A stretch of 64,000 nt of DNA from Candidatus Brevefilum sp. GTDB lineage: Bacteria > Chloroflexota > Anaerolineae > Anaerolineales > Anaerolineaceae. The notes under the pieces were generated by a model. It made no database searches, was not told where the DNA came from, and was given only the letters and a program-made list of their open reading frames with translations. Positions 39,010 through 48,198 of the stretch are shown here, piece after piece; position 1 is the first letter of the stretch; every line of letters starts with the position of its first letter. A program made the translations under genes and the position numbers. The DNA lies in NCBI GenBank assembly GCA_035376985.1, contig DAOSSA010000004.1, forward strand, positions 24-64,023, in the 5' to 3' direction.

Positions 39010-39950
39010 AAGTTGTCGCATTGACCGGTGGGGTGGGCGGCGCAAAGCTGGTCAATGGACTGGCAGCGCTGCTATCACCGGAAGAGCTGAGTGTGATCGT
39101 CAATACTGGCGATGATTTTGACTGCTGGGGGTTGAGGGTCTGCCCTGACCTTGACACGGTGTGTTATACCCTGGCTGGTCTGGCCAACCCGAAGACGGGA
39201 TGGGGACAGAAAGATGAAACCTGGGAAATTCTTGAAAAGGTTAGAAACTTGGGCGGGTCGACCTGGTTTAAAATCGGCGATAATGATTTGATAACCCACC
39301 TGAGGCGAACAGAGCTGCTCTCGGAAGGGAAAGCGCTTTCATCCGTGACACAGAATTTGTGCTCAACCTGGGGCGTAAAACTCCAGGTTCTTCCAATGAG
39401 CGACGATCCTGTTCGGACCATTGTCCATACTGCAGAACACGGTGCGCTGGCATTTCAACGCTATTTTGTTCAGTTGGCCTGTCAACCGGTCGTGCGTGCA
39501 TTTGAATTTTGTGGGGCTGAGGTTGCGTCTCCCGCACCCGGCGCTCTTGCTTTGATTGATGAGGCTGATGTGGTCATCTTCACGCCCTCCAACCCCTTTG
39601 TCAGTATTGACCCGATCCTGGCAATTCCCGGGTATCGTCAAGCGATCAAAAAGAAGCCCGTCATCGCTATTTCGCCCCTGGTGGGCGGAAAAGCAATAAA
39701 AGGCCCTACTGCGAAAATGTACCACGAGCTGGGAATTGTGCCTTCAGCCTCAGCAGTTGCCGGGCACTATCAGGGTTTACTGTGGGGGTTTGTTTTTGAC
39801 ACGCAGGACCGAACTGAATTGGAAAAAATTGAGCGTTGGCGTATAATTCCATTACTTACAAATACCTTTATGAAAGATATTCAGGACCGCATTCGCTTGG
39901 CTGAAGAAGTGATAAAATTTTGCGAGTCGATCCTCACCAGGAGTTTTTAA
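39006..39950 (+). CDS. cofD: 2-phospho-L-lactate transferase
   Basis: [44 protein letters not shown]. Confidence 0.95.
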   Translation: MKVVALTGGVGGAKLVNGLAALLSPEELSVIVNTGDDFDCWGLRVCPDLDTVCYTLAGLANPKTGWGQKDETWEILEKVRNLGGSTWFKIGDNDLITHLRRTELLSEGKALSSVTQNLCSTWGVKLQVLPMSDDPVRTIVHTAEHGALAFQRYFVQLACQPVVRAFEFCGAEVASPAPGALALIDEADVVIFTPSNPFVSIDPILAIPGYRQAIKKKPVIAISPLVGGKAIKGPTAKMYHELGIVPSASAVAGHYQGLLWGFVFDTQDRTELEKIERWRIIPLLTNTFMKDIQDRIRLAEEVIKFCESILTRSF

Positions 39951-39954
39951 ATCC

Positions 39955-40569
39955 ATGAGTTTATGGACAATCGTTCCAGTTAAACCTTTACGACGCGGAA
40001 AATCGCGACTTTCGGAGATTCTCTCCGAAGATGAACGTTACCGACTTAATCATTACCTGTTATCCCATACCATTGACATATTATTACAGGTAGAAACAAT
40101 CTCAGAGATCCTGGTAGTCAGTCGAGATTCCGATGTGCTGACAATTTCTCGAGAAAAGGGTGTGCGCACGGTGACAGAGAATGGCACACCAGAATTGAAT
40201 AATGCATTGCGAAGAGCCTCTTTATTTTCAAAGCTGTTTGCAAATGAGGGTGTCCTCATTGTCCCGGCGGACTTACCCCTGATAACCTCTAAGGATGTTA
40301 GCGACTTTCTTGCACAGCGCAAAGAACCGCCGACCATGGTGATCAACCCTGATCGCCACCGGTTGGGTACAAATATGTTGTTCTTAAATCCGGCAGGTCT
40401 GATCAACTTTTCTTTCGGCACCGATTCTTTTGAATGCCATTGCAGATTGGCCAGGCAACAAGGTGCAGAGGTGATTGTTCATGAAAATCCACGCATCGCT
40501 TTAGACTTGGATGTTCCGGAGGATTATGAAATCCTCCAATCGAGCAATGTTTTACCAGTGCGACAGTAA
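39955..40569 (+). CDS. cofC: 2-phospho-L-lactate/PEP guanylyltransferase
   Basis: IVPVKPLRRGKSRLS, LNNAL, PADLP, GTN, SF..H, DLDVPED. Confidence 0.93.
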   Translation: MSLWTIVPVKPLRRGKSRLSEILSEDERYRLNHYLLSHTIDILLQVETISEILVVSRDSDVLTISREKGVRTVTENGTPELNNALRRASLFSKLFANEGVLIVPADLPLITSKDVSDFLAQRKEPPTMVINPDRHRLGTNMLFLNPAGLINFSFGTDSFECHCRLARQQGAEVIVHENPRIALDLDVPEDYEILQSSNVLPVRQ

Positions 40570-40600
40570 ATGGTTAATAAATTAGTGGAAAAGGAAAAAA

Positions 40601-41602
40601 ATGACAATAGAAAGAGTAGCCCTGTATTTACAAGATGCCCATGACCTGCGAGATGGATTGGATTTTGTAAAATATGCTGAAGAGCGAGGTTTTGAGGCGG
40701 TTTGGCAGGCTGAAAGCCGCCTGGTTCGAGATGCCATTGTGCCAATGGCTGCCTATGCTGCAGTTACCGATAAAATCAAGGTTGGGTCTGGCGTCATCAA
40801 CAACTGGACCCGTAATATCGGTTTGCTGGCATCGACATTTCTCACGCTGGACGACCTGGCGCCAAACCGGATTATTTGCGGCATTGGCGCCTGGTGGGAT
40901 CCACTGGCAAAGAATGTGGGCATCGTCCGTAAAAGCCCAATGACGGCGATGGAAGAGACCATCACCGTCTTGCGTCGCCTGTTGAACATGGAACGGGTGT
41001 CGTTTGACGGCGAATATGTACATGTCACCGGGATTGAACTGGATGTGGTGCATGGTCGTCGTGAACCCCGGAATGTCCCGATTATGATCGGGGCAACTGG
41101 TCCAAAGATGATGGAGTTGACTGGAAAAATTGCAGATGGCGCTGTTTTAAATTACTGTGTTCCGCCAGAATATAATGAACAGGCGATTGATGAGCTGAAG
41201 AAGGGCTTGAAAGCATCTGGACGGACTTTGGATGATCTGGATCGCCCACAACTGGTTGTGTGCTCTGTCGACGAGGATGGCGAGAAAGCCAAAGACACCA
41301 GCCGTGAACTGCTGACGCAATACCTGGCACAACAGCCACATATTGCGAAGGCTTCCGGTGTTTCGATGGATATTGTGCACGAGATCCAGTCGATTCTTGG
41401 CTGGCCTGCCACGCATGAGCAAATCCAGCAAGCCAAGCACCTGGTACCGGATGAGTTGATCCATCGCATTACAGCCAGCGGCACCCCTGATGAGGCACGC
41501 GTCAAGGTGCAGGAATATATTAATAACGGTGCAACCTGCCCGATCCTCTACCCTGTTGGCGGCAATGTGAAGGTTTTGATTGATACTTTTGCTACAAAAT
41601 GA
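40601..41602 (+). CDS. luciferase-like (LLM) oxidoreductase, Mer-like, probably F420-dependent
   Basis: [34 protein letters not shown]...G..ADG; immediately follows the cof genes. Confidence 0.85.
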   Translation: MTIERVALYLQDAHDLRDGLDFVKYAEERGFEAVWQAESRLVRDAIVPMAAYAAVTDKIKVGSGVINNWTRNIGLLASTFLTLDDLAPNRIICGIGAWWDPLAKNVGIVRKSPMTAMEETITVLRRLLNMERVSFDGEYVHVTGIELDVVHGRREPRNVPIMIGATGPKMMELTGKIADGAVLNYCVPPEYNEQAIDELKKGLKASGRTLDDLDRPQLVVCSVDEDGEKAKDTSRELLTQYLAQQPHIAKASGVSMDIVHEIQSILGWPATHEQIQQAKHLVPDELIHRITASGTPDEARVKVQEYINNGATCPILYPVGGNVKVLIDTFATK

Positions 41603-42078
41603 AATTAACTGAGAAACAACCTGGTTCGAAAACTTGTTTTGTGTGCGGCAGGGAAAACCTGGCTGGACTCAAACTTGAGTTTTATGTGATTGAACCCGGG
41701 AAGGTTTGTTCGTATTTTAACTTGCCTGAGCATTATGAGGGCTATCCCGGGACCATCCACGGCGGTATCATCGCTGCCATACTGGATGAATGTGGCGGTC
41801 GGGCTCAAATGACCGAGCCAAACCGATTTATGGTTACCGCTCAATTATGTATCCGTTATCGCCGACCGGTTCCATCGCGAACAGACCTGGTCGTCTACGG
41901 AGAAGCAGGTGAACGCCGAGGACGGGTATCCTTTGCCCGCAGCGAAATCCAGAGTGTAGATGGAAAGATTCTGGCTGATGCTGAATTGGTGCTGATGGAC
42001 ATTCCTGAATCTCAGTTTGCGGATGTGGATCTGGAAGCAATGGGTTGGCGGGTTTATCTTGATGAGGAGGCTGGATGA
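41599..42078 (+). CDS. PaaI-family hot-dog thioesterase
   Basis: [37 protein letters not shown]. Confidence 0.88.
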   Translation: MKLTEKQPGSKTCFVCGRENLAGLKLEFYVIEPGKVCSYFNLPEHYEGYPGTIHGGIIAAILDECGGRAQMTEPNRFMVTAQLCIRYRRPVPSRTDLVVYGEAGERRGRVSFARSEIQSVDGKILADAELVLMDIPESQFADVDLEAMGWRVYLDEEAG

Positions 42079-42848
42079 TTGGTGAATATTTCAGACCAAA
42101 GACAGTAGAAGAGGCGTTGTTATTATTAACCGAAAAGGGAAAGATTCGGAAACCTCTGGGTGGCGGAACCAGCTTGAGCCGGCAGGTATCACGACATTTC
42201 GACGTGGTCGACTTGCAAAACGTTGGTTTGGATCGCATTGAGGAAAGCGGTCAAAACTTAGTGGCAGGGAGCACGCTTCGTTTTGATTTGCTTTTAGCAC
42301 ACCCCGGGGTTCACCCTGAGATCAAGCGAGCAATCCGCATTGATGCTTCAGAAAACAACCGAAACATGGCTACCCTGGGCGGATGGATGGTGAACAGCGA
42401 TGGTCGTTCGCTGACGACAACCGCATTGCTGGCAATGGATGCAAATTTAACCTGGGAGCCAGAGGCTGTTCAGATACGGCTTGGCGATTGGCTGCCCCTG
42501 CGCAGTCAGAATCAACCCGGCGTGTTGATGACAGAGGTAGCCTGGACCACGGGCGCAAGGCTTGTTTTTGAGTATGTGGCGCGCTCTCCGAAGGACCGCC
42601 CAACCATGATTGTGGCTATGGCTCAGTGGGGTTCAGGCAGGACACGTGTGGCCTTGGGTGGCTTTGGCGATGCGCCCATCATCGCTGTAGATGGCATAGG
42701 AGCCGATGGGGTGGATATCGCCAGTCGGTATGCCTGTTTAGAGGCTGGAGATCAATGGGCGTCTGCGGAGTACCGGCGTGAGGTCGCTGCAAAACTTGCC
42801 TTGCGTTGTGCGGCGCGTGTGGATGCCATCAAAGGAAGTGGTGCCTGA
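42075..42848 (+). CDS. molybdenum hydroxylase FAD-binding subunit, YgfM-like
   Basis: EYFRPKTVEEAL, LGGGT, RNMATLGG; short (257 aa). Confidence 0.75.
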   Translation: MIGEYFRPKTVEEALLLLTEKGKIRKPLGGGTSLSRQVSRHFDVVDLQNVGLDRIEESGQNLVAGSTLRFDLLLAHPGVHPEIKRAIRIDASENNRNMATLGGWMVNSDGRSLTTTALLAMDANLTWEPEAVQIRLGDWLPLRSQNQPGVLMTEVAWTTGARLVFEYVARSPKDRPTMIVAMAQWGSGRTRVALGGFGDAPIIAVDGIGADGVDIASRYACLEAGDQWASAEYRREVAAKLALRCAARVDAIKGSGA

Positions 42849-42849
42849 G

Positions 42850-45846
42850 ATGAAAATCATACTGAATATTAACAATCAAGACTATCCCCTTAATGTTCCT
42901 GTTGGCGAGCGTTTACTGGAAACCCTGCGAAGGCTTGGTTTTTTCAGTGTCAAGTACGGCGGATGTGAAAAAGGAGAATGCGGCGCATGTGCTGTGCTTT
43001 TTGACGGTCGCCCGGTAAATAGCTGCACAATGTTTACAGCCCAGGCTGAAGGTCACAAAATCCAGACCGTGGAAAGCCTGGGTGAACACCCGGAACAGGG
43101 TTGGAAACGGACGCAGGGTTTGCATATTATTCAGCAAGCCTTTGTCGATACGGGTGCGATCCAGTGCGGTTACTGTACGCCAGCCATGGTATTGGTGAGC
43201 AAAGCCCTGTTAAATAAAAACCCTTCGCCCTCGGAAGAGGAAATTCGTGATGCCCTTTCTGGCGTCCTGTGCCGCTGCACCGGTTATGTGAAGCCGGTAC
43301 AGGCCGTTATGCGAGCTGCGGCGACCATGAGGGGTGAAAAGGTTCCTCCCATTGGTGAGCCAATTGATATTGGTGATTTATTAGATTTTGATCGGGGTCT
43401 CCCGGAGGACGGTGCGCCGATGACCTCTGACGGCGGAACAATGACTGAAACGCTGGTCTTCCCGAAGATAAAGGTCGTTGATGCGCGTTCACCATTGAAA
43501 ACGGTGGGTCACGGTGAACCTAAGGTGGATGCGGTCAAACTTGTGCAGGGCAAACCAGCCTTTGCTGCAGATTTTGAAAGGCGGGACATGCTGGTAGCCA
43601 AGGTGCTGCGAAGTCCCCATGCCCACGCGAACATCAAGCACATTGATACCTCGGAAGCAGAGGCGCTTCCTGGTGTGGCAGCCATTCTTACCTGGAAGGA
43701 TATTCCCAGGGTTGTCTATTCTACGGCTGGACAATCGCATCCCATTCCGGGACCGTTAGACATGTTTTCACTGGACAAAAAGGTCCGCTTTGTAGGCGAC
43801 AAGGTGGCGTTTGTGGCTGCTGAAACAGCTGAGATCGCAGAAGCCGCGTTGAAACTGATCAAGGTGGAATATGAAGTCTTGCCTGCCATTATTGATCCCA
43901 CCAAAGCGATGGATGAAGGCGCTGTGGTCATTCATGATGAAGAAGAATACGTCAATTTTGATGAATCTGACCCCTCGCGCAACCTGGCTGCTGAGATCCG
44001 CGTGGATATCGGCGATGTTGAACAGGGTTTTGCCGAGGCAGAGCGCATCTTTGAAGCTGAATACGTTGTACCCAAGGTGCAGCAGGCGCATATCGAACCG
44101 CACGTGGTGGTGACATACTGGGATGAGGACGACCGCCTGGTGATTATCACCAGCACCCAGGTGCCCTTCCACGTCCGGCGCCAGATTGCTCCGGTGTTAG
44201 ATTTGCCGGTCAAGCGTATCCGGGTGATCAAACCCCGCATCGGTGGCGGTTTTGGCGGCAAGCAAGAAGTTCAGATCGAAGATGTTCCGGCACATCTGAC
44301 GATTGCGACGGGACGCCCTGTTATTTATGAAATGACCCGTGAGGAGGAATTTATTGGCTCCCGGGCACGCCATCCCATGCGCATTCGGTTGAAAACCGGG
44401 GTCAAGCAGGACGGCACGATAACTGCGAATGAAATGTACTGCCTGAGCGATACCGGCGCTTATGGGTGCCATGCTCTGACCGTGGCAGGAAATACCGGGC
44501 ATAAGGCGATGGCGCTGTATGTCGGTGACGGACCCTACCGCCAACAGCCCAATATCCGGTTTTATTCCGATGTTGTCTATACCAATACGCCGCCTTCAGG
44601 CGCCTTCCGTGGTTACGGTGTTCCACAAGGATTCTGGCCTGTTGAACGGCACATGGAGACAATTTCAAAAGCTCTAGGCATCGATCCGATTGAATTCAGG
44701 TTGATGAATGCCCTCAGACCAGGCGAGTTACACCCCTTCAGTACAGCCTGGAGCGAGGGACGAGAACCCAAGCCTGAAAAAGTGTACACGATTGGCCTGG
44801 AAGAGTGCGTCTATCAGGGCAGGATGGCCATTGATTGGGACCATAAGTTTGGTAACGCGGCATGGCACACCATCCCTGGCAGCGAGCATTTGCGCAAGGG
44901 AATTGGGGTTGCTATGGTGATGCAGGGGACTGCTATCCCCTACCTGGATATGGGCGGCGCCAGTATTAAAATGAATGATGACGGGTCATTTAACCTGCTG
45001 GTCGGCGCTACAGACCTGGGGACCGGTTCGGACACGGTATTGGGTCAGATGGCAGCCGAAACCCTGGGCGTTCGTTTGGACGATATCCTGGTGTATTCAT
45101 CGGACACGGATTTCACACCCTTTGATGTGGGTGCTTACGCATCCAGCACAACGTACATCTCCGGTACAGCAGTGGTCAAAGCAGCAGAGAAGGTCGCTGA
45201 GCAGATTCGCGAGCGGGCAGCCTTGATGTTTGCTGAAAATGGCGATGAGGTGGACCATAACGAGATACTGCTGGAAGACCGGAAGGCAATTGCACCTTCA
45301 GGCAATTCCTTCAGTATGGAAGAGATTGCCCTGCACGCGCTGCACGCATCCGATCAGAGGCAAATTATGGGAGTTGCTTCGCATGTGTCCCCGGTTGCTC
45401 CACCGCCTTTTGCAGCGCAATTTGCTGAGGTGACCGTTGATATTGAAACCGGTATGGTTACAGTGGATAAACTGGTTATGGCCGTTGATGGCGGTGTGAT
45501 CATCAACCCTGTCACAGCATCAGGTCAGGTTGAAGGCGGGATGGCCCAGGCCCTGGGTTACGCGGTGACCGAAGAAATGGTATACGATGATTTAGGACGG
45601 GCGAGGGAGCGTGACCTTGTGGACTATCACATTTTCCGCTCGGATGAAATGCCTGAACTGACGACTATTTTCGTGGAAACCTACGAACATTCACATCCTT
45701 ATGGCGCAAAAGCTGTTGCGGAAATCCCGCTGGATGGAGTTGCACCTGCTGTTGGTAATGCGATATTAGATGCGTGCGGAGTTTCACTGCACGAAATCCC
45801 TGCCTTGCCCGAGAAAATCTGGAAAGCTTTAACAACCTCGGAATAA
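42850..45846 (+). CDS. molybdopterin-dependent oxidoreductase with fused N-terminal 2x[2Fe-2S] domain, XdhD-like
   Basis: GCEKGECGAC, QCGYC, CRCTGY, IGGGFGGK, GAFRGYG, ASSTT, GQVEGG, AKAVAE. Confidence 0.9.
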   Translation: MKIILNINNQDYPLNVPVGERLLETLRRLGFFSVKYGGCEKGECGACAVLFDGRPVNSCTMFTAQAEGHKIQTVESLGEHPEQGWKRTQGLHIIQQAFVDTGAIQCGYCTPAMVLVSKALLNKNPSPSEEEIRDALSGVLCRCTGYVKPVQAVMRAAATMRGEKVPPIGEPIDIGDLLDFDRGLPEDGAPMTSDGGTMTETLVFPKIKVVDARSPLKTVGHGEPKVDAVKLVQGKPAFAADFERRDMLVAKVLRSPHAHANIKHIDTSEAEALPGVAAILTWKDIPRVVYSTAGQSHPIPGPLDMFSLDKKVRFVGDKVAFVAAETAEIAEAALKLIKVEYEVLPAIIDPTKAMDEGAVVIHDEEEYVNFDESDPSRNLAAEIRVDIGDVEQGFAEAERIFEAEYVVPKVQQAHIEPHVVVTYWDEDDRLVIITSTQVPFHVRRQIAPVLDLPVKRIRVIKPRIGGGFGGKQEVQIEDVPAHLTIATGRPVIYEMTREEEFIGSRARHPMRIRLKTGVKQDGTITANEMYCLSDTGAYGCHALTVAGNTGHKAMALYVGDGPYRQQPNIRFYSDVVYTNTPPSGAFRGYGVPQGFWPVERHMETISKALGIDPIEFRLMNALRPGELHPFSTAWSEGREPKPEKVYTIGLEECVYQGRMAIDWDHKFGNAAWHTIPGSEHLRKGIGVAMVMQGTAIPYLDMGGASIKMNDDGSFNLLVGATDLGTGSDTVLGQMAAETLGVRLDDILVYSSDTDFTPFDVGAYASSTTYISGTAVVKAAEKVAEQIRERAALMFAENGDEVDHNEILLEDRKAIAPSGNSFSMEEIALHALHASDQRQIMGVASHVSPVAPPPFAAQFAEVTVDIETGMVTVDKLVMAVDGGVIINPVTASGQVEGGMAQALGYAVTEEMVYDDLGRARERDLVDYHIFRSDEMPELTTIFVETYEHSHPYGAKAVAEIPLDGVAPAVGNAILDACGVSLHEIPALPEKIWKALTTSE

Positions 45847-45855
45847 AGATGAGCT

Positions 45856-45899
45856 AACCTTCCGCCGATTGTTTGAATGGACACATTTGGCGGAAGGTT
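45856..45899. other. 11-bp intercistronic hairpin
   Basis: AACCTTCCGCC/GGCGGAAGGTT with a 22-nt loop and no long U tract. Confidence 0.55.
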
Positions 45900-45955
45900 T
45901 AACCTCGAGGAATAATATTTGTTCCTGGAGTTTTGAGTTTGATTGAGGATTTGTG

Positions 45956-46744
45956 ATGAACATTGTCGAGCTGTTGAATGAAGCTTTAGCAGAGGGAAAG
46001 CCTGTTGTGATGTGCACGATTGTGAACACAAAAGGTTCTGTGCCGAGGCACGCAGGCACCAAAATGCTGGTTTACAGTGAAGGGCATTTTGAAGGCACGG
46101 TTGGCGGGGGTGAGGTGGAAAACCGGATTCTTGCTGAAGCAATGGCAGCATTTAAAGATGGAAAAACCCGTTTTTTAACCTACGATATGATCGATCCTGA
46201 ACGCGGTGATGCAGGCATTTGCGGCGGGATTGTGACCGTCTTCGTGGAGCCGTTTCTGACATTGCCAACTGTCGTTGTCGTTGGCGCCGGGCATGTCGGG
46301 CGGCCGATTGTGCACCTGGCAAAGTGGCTTGGGTTTCGTGTGGTCGTGAGCGATGATCGCGAGGAACTGTGCACCCCGGAGGAAACACCAGGCGCAGACC
46401 TGTACCTGCCAGCCCTGATAAGCCAGATACCAGAAAAATTACCCCTGGATTCACGCACATTCCTGGTGCTGGTTACCAGGGGCTCGGATATTGATGTGGA
46501 AGGTTTGCCAGCCCTTTTAGAAACGGATGTGCCGTATATCGGCTTGATTGGTTCTAAACGGCGTTGGGCGCATACACAAGAGAAACTGATTGAAAAAGGG
46601 GTCTCGAAGGAAGCCTTGGCAAGGGTGAAATCACCGATCGGGTTATTTATTCATGCAGAAACGCCCAATGAAATCGCCATCAGCATTATGGCTGAGATCA
46701 TCGATCATTACAACCAGATGAAAAAACATTTTCAAAGAGCATAA
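45956..46744 (+). CDS. xdhC: XdhC/CoxF-family molybdenum cofactor insertion protein
   Basis: GSVPRHAGTKM, GTVGGG.VE, CGG, GAGHV, YIGLIGS, PIG, ETPNEIA. Confidence 0.9.
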   Translation: MNIVELLNEALAEGKPVVMCTIVNTKGSVPRHAGTKMLVYSEGHFEGTVGGGEVENRILAEAMAAFKDGKTRFLTYDMIDPERGDAGICGGIVTVFVEPFLTLPTVVVVGAGHVGRPIVHLAKWLGFRVVVSDDREELCTPEETPGADLYLPALISQIPEKLPLDSRTFLVLVTRGSDIDVEGLPALLETDVPYIGLIGSKRRWAHTQEKLIEKGVSKEALARVKSPIGLFIHAETPNEIAISIMAEIIDHYNQMKKHFQRA

Positions 46745-46761
46745 ATTGGAGTTAACGGCGT

Positions 46762-48180
46762 ATGTGGAAAAAATACATTTTAGCAGATTCAATTGAGGCA
46801 GCGGTTGCGGCTTTGACCGAAGCGGAAGAAACCGCGCGGATTATCGCTGGCGGTACCGATCTGATTCTTGAGCTGGAGCGTGGTACTCGTCAGGGCATCA
46901 GCACTCTGATTGATATCACCCAAATACCGGGTTTGGATGAAATTTGGGAAGACAGCGACGGCTTGATCCACATCGGTCCATTGGTGACTCATAATCACGT
47001 GCTGGCCTCACCGTTGATCCGTGAGAAAGCCTTTGCTCTCCTGCAAGCCTGTTGGGAGGTTGGCTCACCTCAAATCCGCAATCGAGGGACGGTCGTTGGC
47101 AATTTAGTAACAGCATCCCCGGCGAATGATACCATCAGCCCTTTGATGGCCCTTAAGGCAAAGCTCAGGCTGGTGTCAACTCGGGGAGAACGCATCGTCT
47201 CCCTGGAGGATTTTTACACTGGTGTACGCAAAACTGTGATGAAAAACGATGAAATCATTACGGAAGTATTCTTCCCAGCGCCTGGAACTCACCAGGTATC
47301 CTATTTTATTAAAACAGCCCTGCGCAAAGCCCAGGCAATCTCAGTCATTAATATCAGCCTTCTGCTGTCGATACAGGGAGATGTGATCGATGATGCCAGG
47401 ATTACCCTGGGTGCAGCTGCGCCAACGATCATCCATGCTGAGGCAGCGGAAGCCTTTCTTTCCGGAAAGCAGTTAAGCGACACAGTGATTGAACAGGCGG
47501 CTGAATTGGTGGCTGAGGCTGCATCACCGATTTCGGATTTGCGCGGCTCCGCCGATTATCGGGCGTACATGATGGGCGTAATCGCACGACGAGCTTTGAC
47601 CGCCATTGCCAACGGTGTCGATAAAACCCAAATTCCGAGTGAACCGATTTTGCTGATGGGGTCGGGCTTGCATGTAAAAGCACCCCAATTGCCCTGGACG
47701 GGCGAGGAGATCCACACCTGGATCAACGGGAAGGAATATCGTTTTAGAACAGGATTTTCAAAGACATTATTAAATTTGATCCGTGATGAGGCGGGGTTAA
47801 CCGGCACGAAAGAAGGTTGCGCTGAAGGTGAGTGCGGCGCCTGTACGGTTTACTTGGATGGCAGGGCAGTGATGAGCTGCCTGGTACCGGCGCCCCGGGC
47901 GCATGGCGCAGAGATTGTAACGATCGAGGGCATGCGCGCTGGTGAAAAATTGCACCCGGTTCAGGAAGCTTTCATCGAACACGGCGCAGTTCAATGCGGT
48001 TTTTGTACTCCCGGGTTTGTGATGTCAGCGGTCAAGTTGCTTGAAGAGCGCGAAACCCCTTCACAGGCTGAGATCCGGCAGGCAATTACCGGGAACCTGT
48101 GCCGCTGTACAGGCTATTATAAGATCATTGAAGCGATTGAGAGCGCCAGCCAGCGGATGCATGCTGGTGACCAGGTATAA
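46762..48180 (+). CDS. xanthine dehydrogenase FAD-binding subunit fused to a C-terminal [2Fe-2S] subunit
   Basis: IAGGTD, SPQIRNRGT, then GTKEGCAEGECGAC, QCGFC, GNLCRCTGY. Confidence 0.9.
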   Translation: MWKKYILADSIEAAVAALTEAEETARIIAGGTDLILELERGTRQGISTLIDITQIPGLDEIWEDSDGLIHIGPLVTHNHVLASPLIREKAFALLQACWEVGSPQIRNRGTVVGNLVTASPANDTISPLMALKAKLRLVSTRGERIVSLEDFYTGVRKTVMKNDEIITEVFFPAPGTHQVSYFIKTALRKAQAISVINISLLLSIQGDVIDDARITLGAAAPTIIHAEAAEAFLSGKQLSDTVIEQAAELVAEAASPISDLRGSADYRAYMMGVIARRALTAIANGVDKTQIPSEPILLMGSGLHVKAPQLPWTGEEIHTWINGKEYRFRTGFSKTLLNLIRDEAGLTGTKEGCAEGECGACTVYLDGRAVMSCLVPAPRAHGAEIVTIEGMRAGEKLHPVQEAFIEHGAVQCGFCTPGFVMSAVKLLEERETPSQAEIRQAITGNLCRCTGYYKIIEAIESASQRMHAGDQV

Positions 48181-48198
48181 AGCAGAACAGGAGTTAGC

